Shown: one piece after another, positions 27,034 through 38,223 of the stretch
How positions within the stretch are numbered: the first letter of the stretch is position 1
How the letters are laid out: each line of letters begins with the position of its first letter
Virus record (IMG/VR): IMGVR_UViG_3300026484_000007
Location: 208,603-272,602 of that record
Direction: 5' to 3' (one strand)
DNA length: 64,000 nucleotides
Made by a program: the position numbers and the translations under genes
The notes under the pieces: model-generated
Told to the model about the DNA's origin: nothing
Seen by the model: only the letters and a program-made list of their open reading frames with translations
The model's database searches: none

Positions 27034-27876
27034 ATGAGTCTTTATACTTTAATTGAAGAAGCTTATAATTCTAAAGAAAAAGCTCTCGCGACAATGGGAC
27101 TTGGTGCTCTTGGAGCAGGAGTAGCTGCATATCATGGTCATAGCGTTGATCAATTAGATAATTTGATAGATAAAGAAACTGGATTAACCGATTTAGAAGC
27201 GAATAACTTTAGAGCAGACGCTGCTTTATCAAAAGATGGAATACTAGGGAAAGTGAAAGGAGTTTTTGATTTATCTACTGGTAAATTAGATCCTCGAGAA
27301 TTAGCTAAAGCTTATCAAACAGATCCAGATGTTAAAAATTTAATAGATGAAAAACTAGATCCTGAAAGCAAAAAATATATATTAAAAATTATGAATCTTC
27401 AAGATAAATTCAATGATCATCTTTTTCATATTGAGAATGATAAAAAAGAATTACCTGGGGTATTTAATGGTCATGCAAACGCAACTGCTTACGGAGCAGC
27501 AGGATTAATGGGTGGGGCAGCTCTTGGAGCAGCAGCGACATCAGATACGCTTAATCCTAAAAAAGAAACTAAGCAGTTAAAGAAAATTGAAAAAGATTAT
27601 GAAAAAATTTTAAAAGATAAGCAAAAGCTAGCAGAAGAGCTTGAAAAAGAAAAAGCTTTACAATCGACTGTAAAAGATTATCATTTAGAGTCGACTCCAG
27701 CGCCTCCAGCGCCTCAAGCGCCTCAAGCTCAACCAGCGCCAGTTCAGATACCATTTCATCCAAACGTTCAATATTATTATGATCCATTAAATCCATATGG
27801 TTTACCAGCTCAATCTACACAACCTACCCAACCTATTCAACCTATTCAACCTATTCAACCTACTTTATTAAGATAA
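27034..27876 (+). CDS. glycine-zipper virion-like protein with Pro/Gln tail
   Basis: LIEEA, GLGALGAG, GAAGLMGGAALGAA. Confidence 0.6.
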   Translation: MSLYTLIEEAYNSKEKALATMGLGALGAGVAAYHGHSVDQLDNLIDKETGLTDLEANNFRADAALSKDGILGKVKGVFDLSTGKLDPRELAKAYQTDPDVKNLIDEKLDPESKKYILKIMNLQDKFNDHLFHIENDKKELPGVFNGHANATAYGAAGLMGGAALGAAATSDTLNPKKETKQLKKIEKDYEKILKDKQKLAEELEKEKALQSTVKDYHLESTPAPPAPQAPQAQPAPVQIPFHPNVQYYYDPLNPYGLPAQSTQPTQPIQPIQPIQPTLLR

Positions 27877-27894
27877 CTTTTAAAGGAATTAATT

Positions 27895-29682
27895 ATGAAA
27901 AACGAGAAAAAAGAAATGAATTTTAAACCAAAAAAATTTAGAGAAATCGAAGAAAGTTTTTTAAAAAATCTTGGATTATATGGTGGATTGGGAGCAGCAG
28001 GAGCTGCTGCTGCAATCTATGGAAACGATCATTGGGATCCGAATGCGACTCATACTGAAGTTGTTGAAAAAGTAAAACATGGAGTAGGCGCGACTGGGGA
28101 TAAAGCTGCATGGGACGCGCATGTAAAAAAGGAAAATGAATTTATAAATAATGAAACAGCTTCCGATTTTAATAAATTAATGAAGGGTAATTTTAGTAAT
28201 TCTAAGAACGATTACCAGGAATACCTAAAACAAACAGAGACTATCGATGATTTTAGAAAACTGACACCAGAACAGCAAAAACATTATATTCTTAGCTTAG
28301 CGGGATATGATTTCGATCATCCTGAAGCTTCTAAAAATACTTTAGCATTAAAGTTTGCTCAAGATTTTTATGCTCAAGAATTAGCTAAACAGTATCCTGA
28401 GGCTAAAAACCCTGAAATTTTTCAAACTATGGCTAAGAATTTCTTTGATAATAATAATACTAATGATACTTGGATGTTTAATAAAGATAATAAATTCGTT
28501 CAAGCTCAAGCAGGAGCTGAAAATTCATTCAACGATGCTTTAAAATTAAACAGTCCTAAAATTGATTTTAAAAATGATTGGACTACTTTTACTCAAAATA
28601 AAAATCAAGATTATATGAACATGGGAAGAATTTTATCAACAGTTGATGGAAATGGTAATGATAATGGCAACAATTTAGTAAATTTTGGAGATTTTATTAA
28701 AAAAGATGGAACGTTTGATTTCAATAAAGCTTCGCAATTTTATAATGGAGATGTTAATAAAGTTAAAGAATTATATAAAACATTTATCGATGCCGCTGAT
28801 ACTGACGCAGGCGATACGTTTTCAGGAGACAATATTAAAAATAAAAATCCTTACCCAAATCCGAATGGATTTTTTGATCATATTTCAAATTATTTTTCAA
28901 AAGGTAATATGCCTTTTAATAAAATTAATTCCATTGATGATTTAAAAGCTTGGAATGAAAAACTTTTAGAGACACAACCAAATGCTGCAAAAATATCAAA
29001 TTATGATGCTGTTTATAGTGGATTTTTTAATCCTGATACTATGCATCCAGCTGGAACATTAAACAGTTCTCAAGGGACTGATCTTGATTCTAATTTAGAT
29101 TTTTCAAAATTAACTTTAAAAAGCGATACTACGACACCGTCACCTGTAAAAACAGATTTTGATCAATTCAATAAAAAATATGAATCCTATAAACCATACG
29201 GAGACCAGGCAAATATTTTTATAAAAAACTGGAGTAATTCTACTGTCTTTGATGGACAAGGTAATGTAAAAGATACAGATTCTGTAGTTAATCCAAATGA
29301 AAAGTGGAGAGAATTTGATTATGATAAAAATGGTAAGATAGATGAAAAAGATTTTGAAGCTTTTAAAAAGTCGGACGAATATCATAAAAAATTAGAAGAA
29401 TACAGAAACAAACATCATTCTGAATACGAAAAAAAATTTTTAGAAAATTATAAAGGCAAAATTCCCGAAAAATATAATCCGGGGCATGATGAAATAATCA
29501 AAGAAAAGAAAGAAGTAAAAGGTATTACTACTAAACCGATGGCTGGTCTTGTAGGAGCTGGAGCTGGACTTGCTGCAGCAGGTATAAGTTCTGCAATCGC
29601 TAACGCAGCAAAAAAACCTAATCATTCGCAGTTCCCAGCTCATCCAACGTATTCGCCGTATCCAGCATATCCTCATAGATAA
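27895..29682 (+). CDS. large glycine-zipper protein with EF-hand-like loop
   Basis: IEES, GGLGAAGAAA, DYDKNGKIDEKD, GLVGAGAGLAAAG. Confidence 0.6.
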   Translation: MKNEKKEMNFKPKKFREIEESFLKNLGLYGGLGAAGAAAAIYGNDHWDPNATHTEVVEKVKHGVGATGDKAAWDAHVKKENEFINNETASDFNKLMKGNFSNSKNDYQEYLKQTETIDDFRKLTPEQQKHYILSLAGYDFDHPEASKNTLALKFAQDFYAQELAKQYPEAKNPEIFQTMAKNFFDNNNTNDTWMFNKDNKFVQAQAGAENSFNDALKLNSPKIDFKNDWTTFTQNKNQDYMNMGRILSTVDGNGNDNGNNLVNFGDFIKKDGTFDFNKASQFYNGDVNKVKELYKTFIDAADTDAGDTFSGDNIKNKNPYPNPNGFFDHISNYFSKGNMPFNKINSIDDLKAWNEKLLETQPNAAKISNYDAVYSGFFNPDTMHPAGTLNSSQGTDLDSNLDFSKLTLKSDTTTPSPVKTDFDQFNKKYESYKPYGDQANIFIKNWSNSTVFDGQGNVKDTDSVVNPNEKWREFDYDKNGKIDEKDFEAFKKSDEYHKKLEEYRNKHHSEYEKKFLENYKGKIPEKYNPGHDEIIKEKKEVKGITTKPMAGLVGAGAGLAAAGISSAIANAAKKPNHSQFPAHPTYSPYPAYPHR

Positions 29683-29694
29683 AAGGAGGATTTA

Positions 29695-30243
29695 ATGTTA
29701 AATTATTTACAAGAGCAATCTATAGGGCTTCAAGTTCTAAAATCAAAATTGGTTCCAGAAGAATCAAAAGAAGAATCTAAAAAAGATTCGAAAGAATCTT
29801 CTGGTCTTTTTAAGAAAACAGGTATCTTTACTGGATTAAGAGCTAGCGATAATTTTAGTAAAAATAAAGTAAAAGATGCGATAGATAAAACTTCAGAAGC
29901 CGCTTTCGATTCAATTGGAATGACCGAAAATAAACCTAAAAAAGATAATGAAAAATCTTTTGGTTACATTGCTGACAGCGCGTATCAAAAACTTCAAAAG
30001 ATCGATGAAGTAATTAATATTTTTGAAACAACATTTCGCAATAACGTATTGACCGTCAAAGGAACTCATAAAAGAGGTTTACCGTATGTTTCTCTCACTA
30101 AAGAAAAAATGGCTAAAACTTACAAAAAACCTCGAGCGCATGCTACTGATCCTCTTGGGAAAGATCCAAAACAAGCTGCGATAGATTTAAGAAAAAATAC
30201 AAGAGTTCTTCAAAAGATCAAACAAGGAACACAAAATGGCTAG
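29695..30243 (+). CDS. hypothetical protein
   Basis: AGGAGG RBS, 182 aa. Confidence 0.7.
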   Translation: MLNYLQEQSIGLQVLKSKLVPEESKEESKKDSKESSGLFKKTGIFTGLRASDNFSKNKVKDAIDKTSEAAFDSIGMTENKPKKDNEKSFGYIADSAYQKLQKIDEVINIFETTFRNNVLTVKGTHKRGLPYVSLTKEKMAKTYKKPRAHATDPLGKDPKQAAIDLRKNTRVLQKIKQGTQNG

Positions 30244-30571
30244 TATTCTTGTTGGTGATATTGATACGACAATGATCAACGGAATTCCAAATGAATTAAT
30301 TTTTAAAAATATATTAAATAATAATATTCAATTTTTTCAAGAAAACGAATTGAAAGCGTTAGATACTTTTAAGATCGATGAATCTTATAAATACCGTCCA
30401 GATAAAGTAGCTTTCGAATACTACGGAGAAGACGGCTATTATCCTCTCGTGCTTTACGCAAATAATATTGGATCAATTTTACAATTTAATCCAGAGATTA
30501 TTGGAGATGAGATAAAATTATTAAAACCAGAATATGCATTAAAATTAATAATTGATTATAGGCATAAATAA
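30236..30571 (+). CDS. baseplate wedge protein, T4 gp53/LysM-like
   Basis: YRPDKVAFEYYGEDGYYPLVLYANNI. Confidence 0.7.
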   Translation: MASILVGDIDTTMINGIPNELIFKNILNNNIQFFQENELKALDTFKIDESYKYRPDKVAFEYYGEDGYYPLVLYANNIGSILQFNPEIIGDEIKLLKPEYALKLIIDYRHK

Positions 30572-30660
30572 TATAATAAATAATATAATAAATAATATAA
30601 TAAATAATATAATAAATAATATAATAAATAATATAATAAATAATATAATAAATAATATAA
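30565..30660. repeat. tandem repeat (TAAATAATATAA)x8
   Basis: Direct reading. Confidence 0.95.
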
Positions 30661-30743
30661 TACATATATGCGAACAGACGCAGTCAATTAACTGACCTTA
30701 CTGACCTTACTGACTACGTCAAAACGATTAAAAGGAGATTTAA

Positions 30744-31772
30744 ATGTTATATCGAGAAATTAAAAGATTTCATCTCGAGAAAGTCCCGTTAAATCAAGAA
30801 ACATTTGACGAATTAAAAAGAAGACTTTTTTTAGCTTTATCCAAATATAAAAGTTCTAAAAAAACAAGAATCGTTCATAAAATTATAGAAAATAATCTTT
30901 TTCAACTTTATTTTTTCAATAAAGATATTTCTGACGAAGTGATATTAATTTTTTCAGAGAATAATAAAATTACATTATTTCCTATAAATATTGATTTAAT
31001 TGCAGATTACTCGCCTGATGATATAGTTCATATCGCGGACCAAATTATTTTAACTCATAGAAAATTAAAAGAAGAAAAAGAAGTTTTAAGCGCGCACCAA
31101 ATATACAATATTGAAAAATTAAATAAAAAATTAGAAGATTTATATGAAAGATATTTAGACGCTTTTGATTATTTTAAAATAATTGATATTCTTTATTATG
31201 GATTTTTAAAATTCTTAGCGGGAAGAATATTCCTTACGAATCAAAAGTTATCGAAAGAAGTCCTTGAAGAACTATCAAGCATCATCTTTGAAATTATTTC
31301 AAAAATCTATACAAAAAGTGTTAAAAAATATTTAAATTCATATGAAGAAAAGATAGTTAAAGCTATCGCAGGTATCTATGTTTTAAGTGCTTTTAAAGAA
31401 GAAAATTCTTCAATGATTCTAAAAAAGATTCAAAAAATTTATGACGAAGAAGTTTTTTCAGCAATTAAAAAAATTAGAAAAGTAAGTATGAAATCTTTAG
31501 ATGATCTTATTGAAGCTTTATTCGATACAGAAGTTTTTAAAGTTTCAAAAAATATTTTCAAAATCAATCTTAGACAAATCCTTGGTGACAAAGCAGAATA
31601 TTTTATACAAGGTCCAGCAAATGAATTCATTGCATTCTTGTGTTCTTTGAATCATAAAAATCAATTATTTAATGCTTTATCTCCGAATGAAAAGAAAACT
31701 GTTAGATTAGAAGAACTTGTTTTTAATGAAAAAGGAAATGTGATCTTAAATAAATTAAGGCCAATGCTATGA
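30744..31772 (+). CDS. hypothetical helical protein
   Basis: 342 aa, AAGGAG RBS. Confidence 0.75.
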   Translation: MLYREIKRFHLEKVPLNQETFDELKRRLFLALSKYKSSKKTRIVHKIIENNLFQLYFFNKDISDEVILIFSENNKITLFPINIDLIADYSPDDIVHIADQIILTHRKLKEEKEVLSAHQIYNIEKLNKKLEDLYERYLDAFDYFKIIDILYYGFLKFLAGRIFLTNQKLSKEVLEELSSIIFEIISKIYTKSVKKYLNSYEEKIVKAIAGIYVLSAFKEENSSMILKKIQKIYDEEVFSAIKKIRKVSMKSLDDLIEALFDTEVFKVSKNIFKINLRQILGDKAEYFIQGPANEFIAFLCSLNHKNQLFNALSPNEKKTVRLEELVFNEKGNVILNKLRPML

Positions 31773-32080
31773 CGCCTACTATTATAAGAAAAGGATCTAA
31801 AAAAGATTCAGAAAAGAAAAAATTTTCTTTTCTATTTGAATATACGCCAGATGGCGAAATGTATCTTACAAAGATCACTCGACCTGTAAGCTATTTTATT
31901 ATGCTTTTTATTTTTATATTTTTATTAATTCTCAATAGTTTCAATGTAATTCATACTGACGAATTATATATTGAAACATTAAAACAAGTTCTGCTTTTAA
32001 TGACAGGATTTTATTTTACTGCGCGCACGCTCGAAAAAATTCAAAAAGGATCTAAAAAAGATCCTTTGGATGAGAAATAA
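31769..32080 (+). CDS. holin-like two-TM protein
   Basis: Two TM helices, GFYFTARTLEK motif and charged tail typical of holin families. Confidence 0.55.
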   Translation: MTPTIIRKGSKKDSEKKKFSFLFEYTPDGEMYLTKITRPVSYFIMLFIFIFLLILNSFNVIHTDELYIETLKQVLLLMTGFYFTARTLEKIQKGSKKDPLDEK

Positions 32081-32201
32081 AAAATAATTTTTTAAATTAA
32101 TTTTTTAAAACGATTTTCCCTAAAAGGATCCTAAAAGGATCCTTTTAGGATTTTTGTCGTTAAACGAAAACCAAATTAATTTAATATTTTAAGGAGACCT
32201 A

Positions 32202-35200
32202 ATGGGTGCTTTAGGTAATGAATATTTATATAAAAAATTGGTCGAAGAACAACAAGCGCAAGAAATGCGTAATAAAATGGCTTCGAAAAATAGTTTTTTT
32301 AATAAAAATATAATCGGAGGAACTCAGCGTATGACTGGTAGTCCATTGATTGGAGCTCTTGCTCCTACAATGGCTGCTGGAATGGGTAAAACGATGGTGA
32401 CTGCTCACACAACTGACGCAGCTCTTCAAATGGCAGGATCTATTCCTTATTTATTTTTAAAAGCTGGTCAAGGAGCAAATTATTTAAATAAATATAAACA
32501 ATTAGATCTTAAATTTCAAAGCGGTTTGATGGATAATTATAGTGGCTTTAGTCATACGATGCATAATGCTATGAAAGTTCAAACTGCTTCTGCGGGAGCT
32601 AGTGCGGCTGCCGCTGCGCTTGGTCATACTGGAGCAGCTCAATGGATAGCTGCTCATAACCCAATGCTTATGGCTTTTCATGGATTAGGACCAAGTAGTG
32701 GGCTGGGATCTTTAACAGGAGCAATTGGAAAAGGAACCGCAGGACTTTTAGGTTTAAAAGGTGGTGCTGCGACAGCTCTTGGAACTCTTGGATCTTTCGC
32801 TCCTATGGCGTTAGCCCTTGGTGGGTTAATGTATGGTGCTCATAAATTTAATAAAATGGGTGGAAGCGATACAACCATCCAAAATAAAAAAATTAGAAAC
32901 GAGACTCCAAAAGTCAATGGTATTCAAAAGTTGATCTCCGAAGGATCATATAAGACACATGCGAATACTATTCAAATGCTTCAGGCTCAAAATTTATTAG
33001 ATCCTTTTCAGACTTTACAATTAACTATCTTAAATGATATTAATCTTAATACCACAGCTAATAAATTAAGTTATATTGAAAAACACACGAAATCAACAGA
33101 TAATGCTAGAGTAAGTAATGAATTAGCTAATAGATTTTATCAAGATGAATTTCGATCGAGCTCGTTGAGTGGTTCAAAAAATTTAAATAAAAATATTTGG
33201 TATAATGTAAACCAAGGGATCTCTTTAGGATCATTTAGATTATTTGCAAACTTAATGGGTCCTTTATCTCGAGTTATGTTTGGTCAACATGTTGGAGAAA
33301 TTAATTCTCAAATCGATAGCATGCTGACTTCAGACAGCAGAAATTCTTTTCATAATGCTTTAACGAAAAGCGCAAATAAATTAAACATTCCTCATAATTT
33401 ACTTTCATCAGTTCACGCGAGCGCAAATGATTTTCTTAAGTATGAATCTTTTGAAGATCAATTATTAGGTTTAACTGCAAACATTCATGAAATATCAAGA
33501 ACAAGTGCGTTAGCCCTTTTAGATATACGAACTGGTATGGGTTATAATCAAAGCACTTCTCTTGGTGATGGAGCAAAAACATCTGCTTTTAGTATCATCG
33601 GAGACACCAAAGATTATCTAAAAAGAACAGCAGGAGTAAAATCATTTGAAGATAAATCTTTTGCTCAAAAATATTTTGGAAGCTTTTGGGGAACCTTACT
33701 TGAAGGTGGATTAAGTTTTGCTCACGGATTAAGCACAAATGTATTAAAAGAAACAGCAAAACTCGGTGGTAAGCAATTAGATAAAGGATTAGTAAAATTA
33801 TTTGGAGCAGGATTCTCTGACGATCTTAATTACAAAGAAGCGGTTAAACAGAAAAAGATAAATAACTTACTTAAGTTAGCTGCTAAAAAAGGCGACATCA
33901 ACGAAGCATTTAATTCAATGACTAATTCTGATTATGATTTAAGTCAGTCGCTTCATATAGCGACCATCTTACATAAAGAAAGAAAAAAAGAACATTTCAC
34001 TGGAAATTATTCTGACGACATTGAAAAAGCTTTAAATGGTTTAGATCTTGAAACAGAGATAAATGAAAGTAATATCACAAAAGAACACGTTAAAAACGCT
34101 GAAAAAGTTCTAGATAAAATTAATAATACAATCAGAAAACTTAACGATGAAAAGAAAAGAATTACTAATCCAGATAGATTAGAAGAAATTAATAAAAAGA
34201 TTAAATCATTCAGAAGAATAAAAACAATTGTAGAATCTCGATATTCTAAATTGAATCTTTTATGGATCGCTAAAAAGAATGGTGGAATTGAAAAAGCAAT
34301 CCAATCTGGTAAATTAAATTCTGATAAAGATGCTTTTTTAGCTTATAAAGAATTTGATCCTACTCAATCCGGAGGAAGCAATAGTTACGTTCAGAATTTA
34401 TTAAATCCATTTTTAGATCCATTCAGACAAATGCGATCTTCTTTTATAAATTATAAAGAAAATCTTGCTCGAAAATTAAGAAATTCATTCAATATTTATT
34501 CTCAAAAAGATATTGAAAAATTATACGACGACGCTAAAAGTAAACTTAGAAAAGTCGATTATGAAAAATCTGGTAGGGAATTTCTTGGTAAAAAATTCCC
34601 AGATATGATGATCCAAATTCTAAACGAACTTAAAACACAGAGTTCGTATTTAAAAGATCTCTTACGTTGTAATGGTTGTAGCGTTAAGCAAGTAAAAGGA
34701 TTAATTTCAGGAAAATGGCGAGGTCAGTTTGGTGATATAATGACTGACTCAGAATACGATAGAAGACTTTCAACAGAAGCTTTATCCCAAGTGGAAGGAC
34801 AATTAGAAACCGGTAAAAGCAAAAGATTAATTGGAGGTCTTACTAAACACATAGGAATTAATCTTTTAAAATTGATGACTCTTGGATCAATCAAAGCGGA
34901 AGAATTCAATACTGGATCATCCGTTATGAAAAAATTTAGAATGTATACAAGATTAAATGACGATCAGCTTCAAAGAATTCAGGAAAAAGAAAATAAAGAA
35001 AAAGAATTCGAAAAAGAATTAAAAGAAAAAGTAGAATCTGAGAAAAAAAGTTCTAAAACTTTAGAAGTAATTGAAACGACTGTTAAAAAATGGTTTTCTT
35101 TTGAAAAAGAATCTAAAAAAGATTCAGAGAAGAAAGAAGAATCAAAGAAAAAATGGTTGGAAAATTTATTAGTTGGAGGTTTAGGTTTATCTCTTGGAGG

Positions 35201-36713
35201 TTTATTATATAGTGGGTTCGGTTATCTTGCAGAACATTTAGATCATATGATAGATAGCGCATATGAATGGATGCAAGATAACTCTTCAACATTAAAAAGT
35301 GTAGCTGCTACACTTGGTGGAATAGGAGCTGCATACGGTATTAAAAAAGCGAAAGACGCCGTTTTCGGAAAGAAACAGAAACCTAAAACAGATACTTCTG
35401 AAAAACCTAAAAACGATAAATCCAAAAATAAAAAAACTAATAAAACTAATAAACCTAAAAACAATAAACCTAATAAAATTAAGAAAATCGTAAAAAATAC
35501 GAAACGATCATTAAAAGGTTTCTGGGGAATTTTCCTTGAAAAGCTTAAGAATGTTTGGGATCGAGCGCTTGATTTATTCAAGAAAAAGAATCCAGGCAAA
35601 GTCGATAAAAAATCTTATAATTTTATCAAAACTATTAAAAATTTTATATCTAAGGCTCCAGAAGCTTTCGTAAAATTATTTAAGAGTTTTAGATCTGTAA
35701 GCGGATTTTTAAAAGCTACTAAAATAGTAAGAGCTTTCTTTTCAATGTTAGCAGTTGGTGGAGCTGTTGTTTTAGGTTCCGCTGGAATTGGATCAGCAAT
35801 GATCGCAATATTCACTTCATTTATTATTTTCTTAGTAACTGATTTCTTAATCGATATTGTAATTGATTTAATTAATTCTACAGGTGAAGCTGAAAACTAC
35901 GAAGCTCAAATTGTTTTAGAATCATTGAATAATATTAAAGATTTATCAAATGATGTAGAATACTATAAATTTTTATCTTCGCTTGATTCATTAGGTAATA
36001 TTGATGCGGCGAACACGTTAGTAAAACATTATACACGGACTGGAGATCTTAAACATAATTTATCAGCACTGATTGGAGGCGTTGAAGATAATTATTTTGA
36101 GAACGATGGAATAATATTTAACTTCAAAGAAAAAAATAAAAATGGCGCTAAAATAAGTAAAGATTTTATAAAAAATACATTATACAATCATCTTCGATTT
36201 AATGATACTAGTAATGTTATTAGAGAGATGAATGCATTTGAATTATATGCAAAAGATAAAGATGATATAAAAAATATGCAAGCAATTGCTAACTTTAAAG
36301 TAATAGTAGAAATGCTTGATGAAAAGAAAAAACAAGAAATCTTTAGTTCTCCAGAAGTCTTTATGAGAAACTTCAATGACTTCCTTAAACAGCCAGATAA
36401 CTGGATCAACTCTCACGGTTTAACTGGTAGAGTAAAAAAGAAAAATATTGAATTCACTAATAAATTTGGAGAAGATTTTAATAAAGCTATTTATTATGAA
36501 AACGAAATTACTCCGAAATATAAAGCTGGTGCATCAGCAATATCGGAAGTTGATTTCAAAAAACCATTAGAAGAAGCAGTACAACAAATTACATTAAGTA
36601 TATCAGAAGCAGCATCAATAATCACTTCAGCAATTAATAATCAGACGGTTAGTCTTTCAGGAACTTTAGCAGCAACAAAAGTTGAAAGTATTTCGTCTAT
36701 ATCCGAAAAATAA
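32202..36713 (+). CDS. probable tape measure protein
   Basis: 1503 aa, helical, Gly/Ala-rich and hydrophobic stretches, located between baseplate-like genes. Confidence 0.5.
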   Translation: MGALGNEYLYKKLVEEQQAQEMRNKMASKNSFFNKNIIGGTQRMTGSPLIGALAPTMAAGMGKTMVTAHTTDAALQMAGSIPYLFLKAGQGANYLNKYKQLDLKFQSGLMDNYSGFSHTMHNAMKVQTASAGASAAAAALGHTGAAQWIAAHNPMLMAFHGLGPSSGLGSLTGAIGKGTAGLLGLKGGAATALGTLGSFAPMALALGGLMYGAHKFNKMGGSDTTIQNKKIRNETPKVNGIQKLISEGSYKTHANTIQMLQAQNLLDPFQTLQLTILNDINLNTTANKLSYIEKHTKSTDNARVSNELANRFYQDEFRSSSLSGSKNLNKNIWYNVNQGISLGSFRLFANLMGPLSRVMFGQHVGEINSQIDSMLTSDSRNSFHNALTKSANKLNIPHNLLSSVHASANDFLKYESFEDQLLGLTANIHEISRTSALALLDIRTGMGYNQSTSLGDGAKTSAFSIIGDTKDYLKRTAGVKSFEDKSFAQKYFGSFWGTLLEGGLSFAHGLSTNVLKETAKLGGKQLDKGLVKLFGAGFSDDLNYKEAVKQKKINNLLKLAAKKGDINEAFNSMTNSDYDLSQSLHIATILHKERKKEHFTGNYSDDIEKALNGLDLETEINESNITKEHVKNAEKVLDKINNTIRKLNDEKKRITNPDRLEEINKKIKSFRRIKTIVESRYSKLNLLWIAKKNGGIEKAIQSGKLNSDKDAFLAYKEFDPTQSGGSNSYVQNLLNPFLDPFRQMRSSFINYKENLARKLRNSFNIYSQKDIEKLYDDAKSKLRKVDYEKSGREFLGKKFPDMMIQILNELKTQSSYLKDLLRCNGCSVKQVKGLISGKWRGQFGDIMTDSEYDRRLSTEALSQVEGQLETGKSKRLIGGLTKHIGINLLKLMTLGSIKAEEFNTGSSVMKKFRMYTRLNDDQLQRIQEKENKEKEFEKELKEKVESEKKSSKTLEVIETTVKKWFSFEKESKKDSEKKEESKKKWLENLLVGGLGLSLGGLLYSGFGYLAEHLDHMIDSAYEWMQDNSSTLKSVAATLGGIGAAYGIKKAKDAVFGKKQKPKTDTSEKPKNDKSKNKKTNKTNKPKNNKPNKIKKIVKNTKRSLKGFWGIFLEKLKNVWDRALDLFKKKNPGKVDKKSYNFIKTIKNFISKAPEAFVKLFKSFRSVSGFLKATKIVRAFFSMLAVGGAVVLGSAGIGSAMIAIFTSFIIFLVTDFLIDIVIDLINSTGEAENYEAQIVLESLNNIKDLSNDVEYYKFLSSLDSLGNIDAANTLVKHYTRTGDLKHNLSALIGGVEDNYFENDGIIFNFKEKNKNGAKISKDFIKNTLYNHLRFNDTSNVIREMNAFELYAKDKDDIKNMQAIANFKVIVEMLDEKKKQEIFSSPEVFMRNFNDFLKQPDNWINSHGLTGRVKKKNIEFTNKFGEDFNKAIYYENEITPKYKAGASAISEVDFKKPLEEAVQQITLSISEAASIITSAINNQTVSLSGTLAATKVESISSISEK

Positions 36714-36729
36714 TTTTTAAGGAGCTTTT

Positions 36730-38181
36730 ATGGGTAAAAATAACACCGGTAACTCTAGTCCACAAATTCCAGGAATGGAAATTGAAGAACTTGATATAAA
36801 AACTTTAGCAAATTCCGGATCAGGTATTAAAGCAAATAAAATTCATTTAGTTGTTTTGGGTCAATTACCTGGATTCAATTCCGAAATTGATCCAAATTTT
36901 GCTTTAGAAAAATTAAATTTAAGAAACATTCCATTGATTGATTTTATTCCAGTTTCTTATAGTATACCTTTAATTAATAAAATGATGTCAGGAGCTTCAG
37001 AAGGATTATCTAAATTTAGCGCGATGTTAGCTGAAGGTGAATTTGGAACTATGGGATTATATTTAAAAAATGGATTAAGTTCAAGTTATAACTCTTTTAA
37101 ATCTCTTCTTTCATCGGCAGCAAATTCTGTCAATCAAAAAGGATTCGTAGGCGCTTCGACATCTGCTCTTGCTGATGGAGTTCAGAATTTGACAAAGTTA
37201 GCAGATTCTACTTCATTGTATAACTATGAAGCTTCTCCAGAAAACGAATGTAATTTTTTATTTAATTTACTTTTAATGAGATACGTGAATTTGAATTGGG
37301 GGGTAGACGCCAAATCGCATATTTCTTCTTACCTTAAAGAAGATAAAAAAAATAAACAAGATGAAGCTAAAATAAAACAAGGATCGGAAGAATACTTAGG
37401 AGTAAGATTAATTGCTGCAAATGATGCTATGTATAATGAATCAATTAGTAATTCATTTGGACAAAATGAAGCTTTAAATGTCTTATCAAATAACCCGTTA
37501 GTTAACGCATTTTCTGGAGCGGCGACGTCTCTTTTCAATAAAGGAGCAAACGCAATTACAAACGCTACAAAAATTAATGCTCTGAATACAGTACAGAATC
37601 TCCCTAAACTAAGTTATGGAGATGCATTGAAAGTCTTTGAAGGATCTAGTACTGGTAATATAATTACTCAAATTGCTCAAAGTAAATTTCTTGGAATGAA
37701 TATAGCTTTACCAAAAGCTTTTAATAGTTCAAATTTTTCGGATAATTTTAGTATAACAGTGAAGTTATCTTCTCCGAGTGGACATCCAATTGATATTCAA
37801 AATTATATTATAAATCCTTTAAAAATTTTCTTATCTATGGCAGCTCCAATTACGCAAAATCTTGAAACATATTATTTACCATTATTATGGAAAGTACAAG
37901 GTTATGGTATTCATAATGATTTAGTAGCTTATATAAATAATATAACTATAATGAAAGGCGGAATGGAAAATTCAGTCAATGATTATCTTCAACCAACAAT
38001 GATTGAAGTAAGATTAACTTTAAGTACGATTTCTGAAACAATGGCTGCTGTAGCTGCTCCAGATGTGCTTGTTTCAGATACAAACGAACGAAACGCGATT
38101 GGTATGACTACTCCTTTAAGATCAGCTGAATCTATGGACCAATCCAAATATAAAAGAGAAAAATACACTGTGAAATTATAA
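36730..38181 (+). CDS. probable baseplate/tail-tube initiator (gp48/gp54-like)
   Basis: C-terminal tube-fold pattern FSITVKL...YINNITIMKGG...PTMIEVRLTL; follows the tape-measure candidate. Confidence 0.45.
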   Translation: MGKNNTGNSSPQIPGMEIEELDIKTLANSGSGIKANKIHLVVLGQLPGFNSEIDPNFALEKLNLRNIPLIDFIPVSYSIPLINKMMSGASEGLSKFSAMLAEGEFGTMGLYLKNGLSSSYNSFKSLLSSAANSVNQKGFVGASTSALADGVQNLTKLADSTSLYNYEASPENECNFLFNLLLMRYVNLNWGVDAKSHISSYLKEDKKNKQDEAKIKQGSEEYLGVRLIAANDAMYNESISNSFGQNEALNVLSNNPLVNAFSGAATSLFNKGANAITNATKINALNTVQNLPKLSYGDALKVFEGSSTGNIITQIAQSKFLGMNIALPKAFNSSNFSDNFSITVKLSSPSGHPIDIQNYIINPLKIFLSMAAPITQNLETYYLPLLWKVQGYGIHNDLVAYINNITIMKGGMENSVNDYLQPTMIEVRLTLSTISETMAAVAAPDVLVSDTNERNAIGMTTPLRSAESMDQSKYKREKYTVKL

Positions 38182-38223
38182 TAAAAATACAATAAATTAT
38201 AAAATTTTTTACAAAGGATTCAA

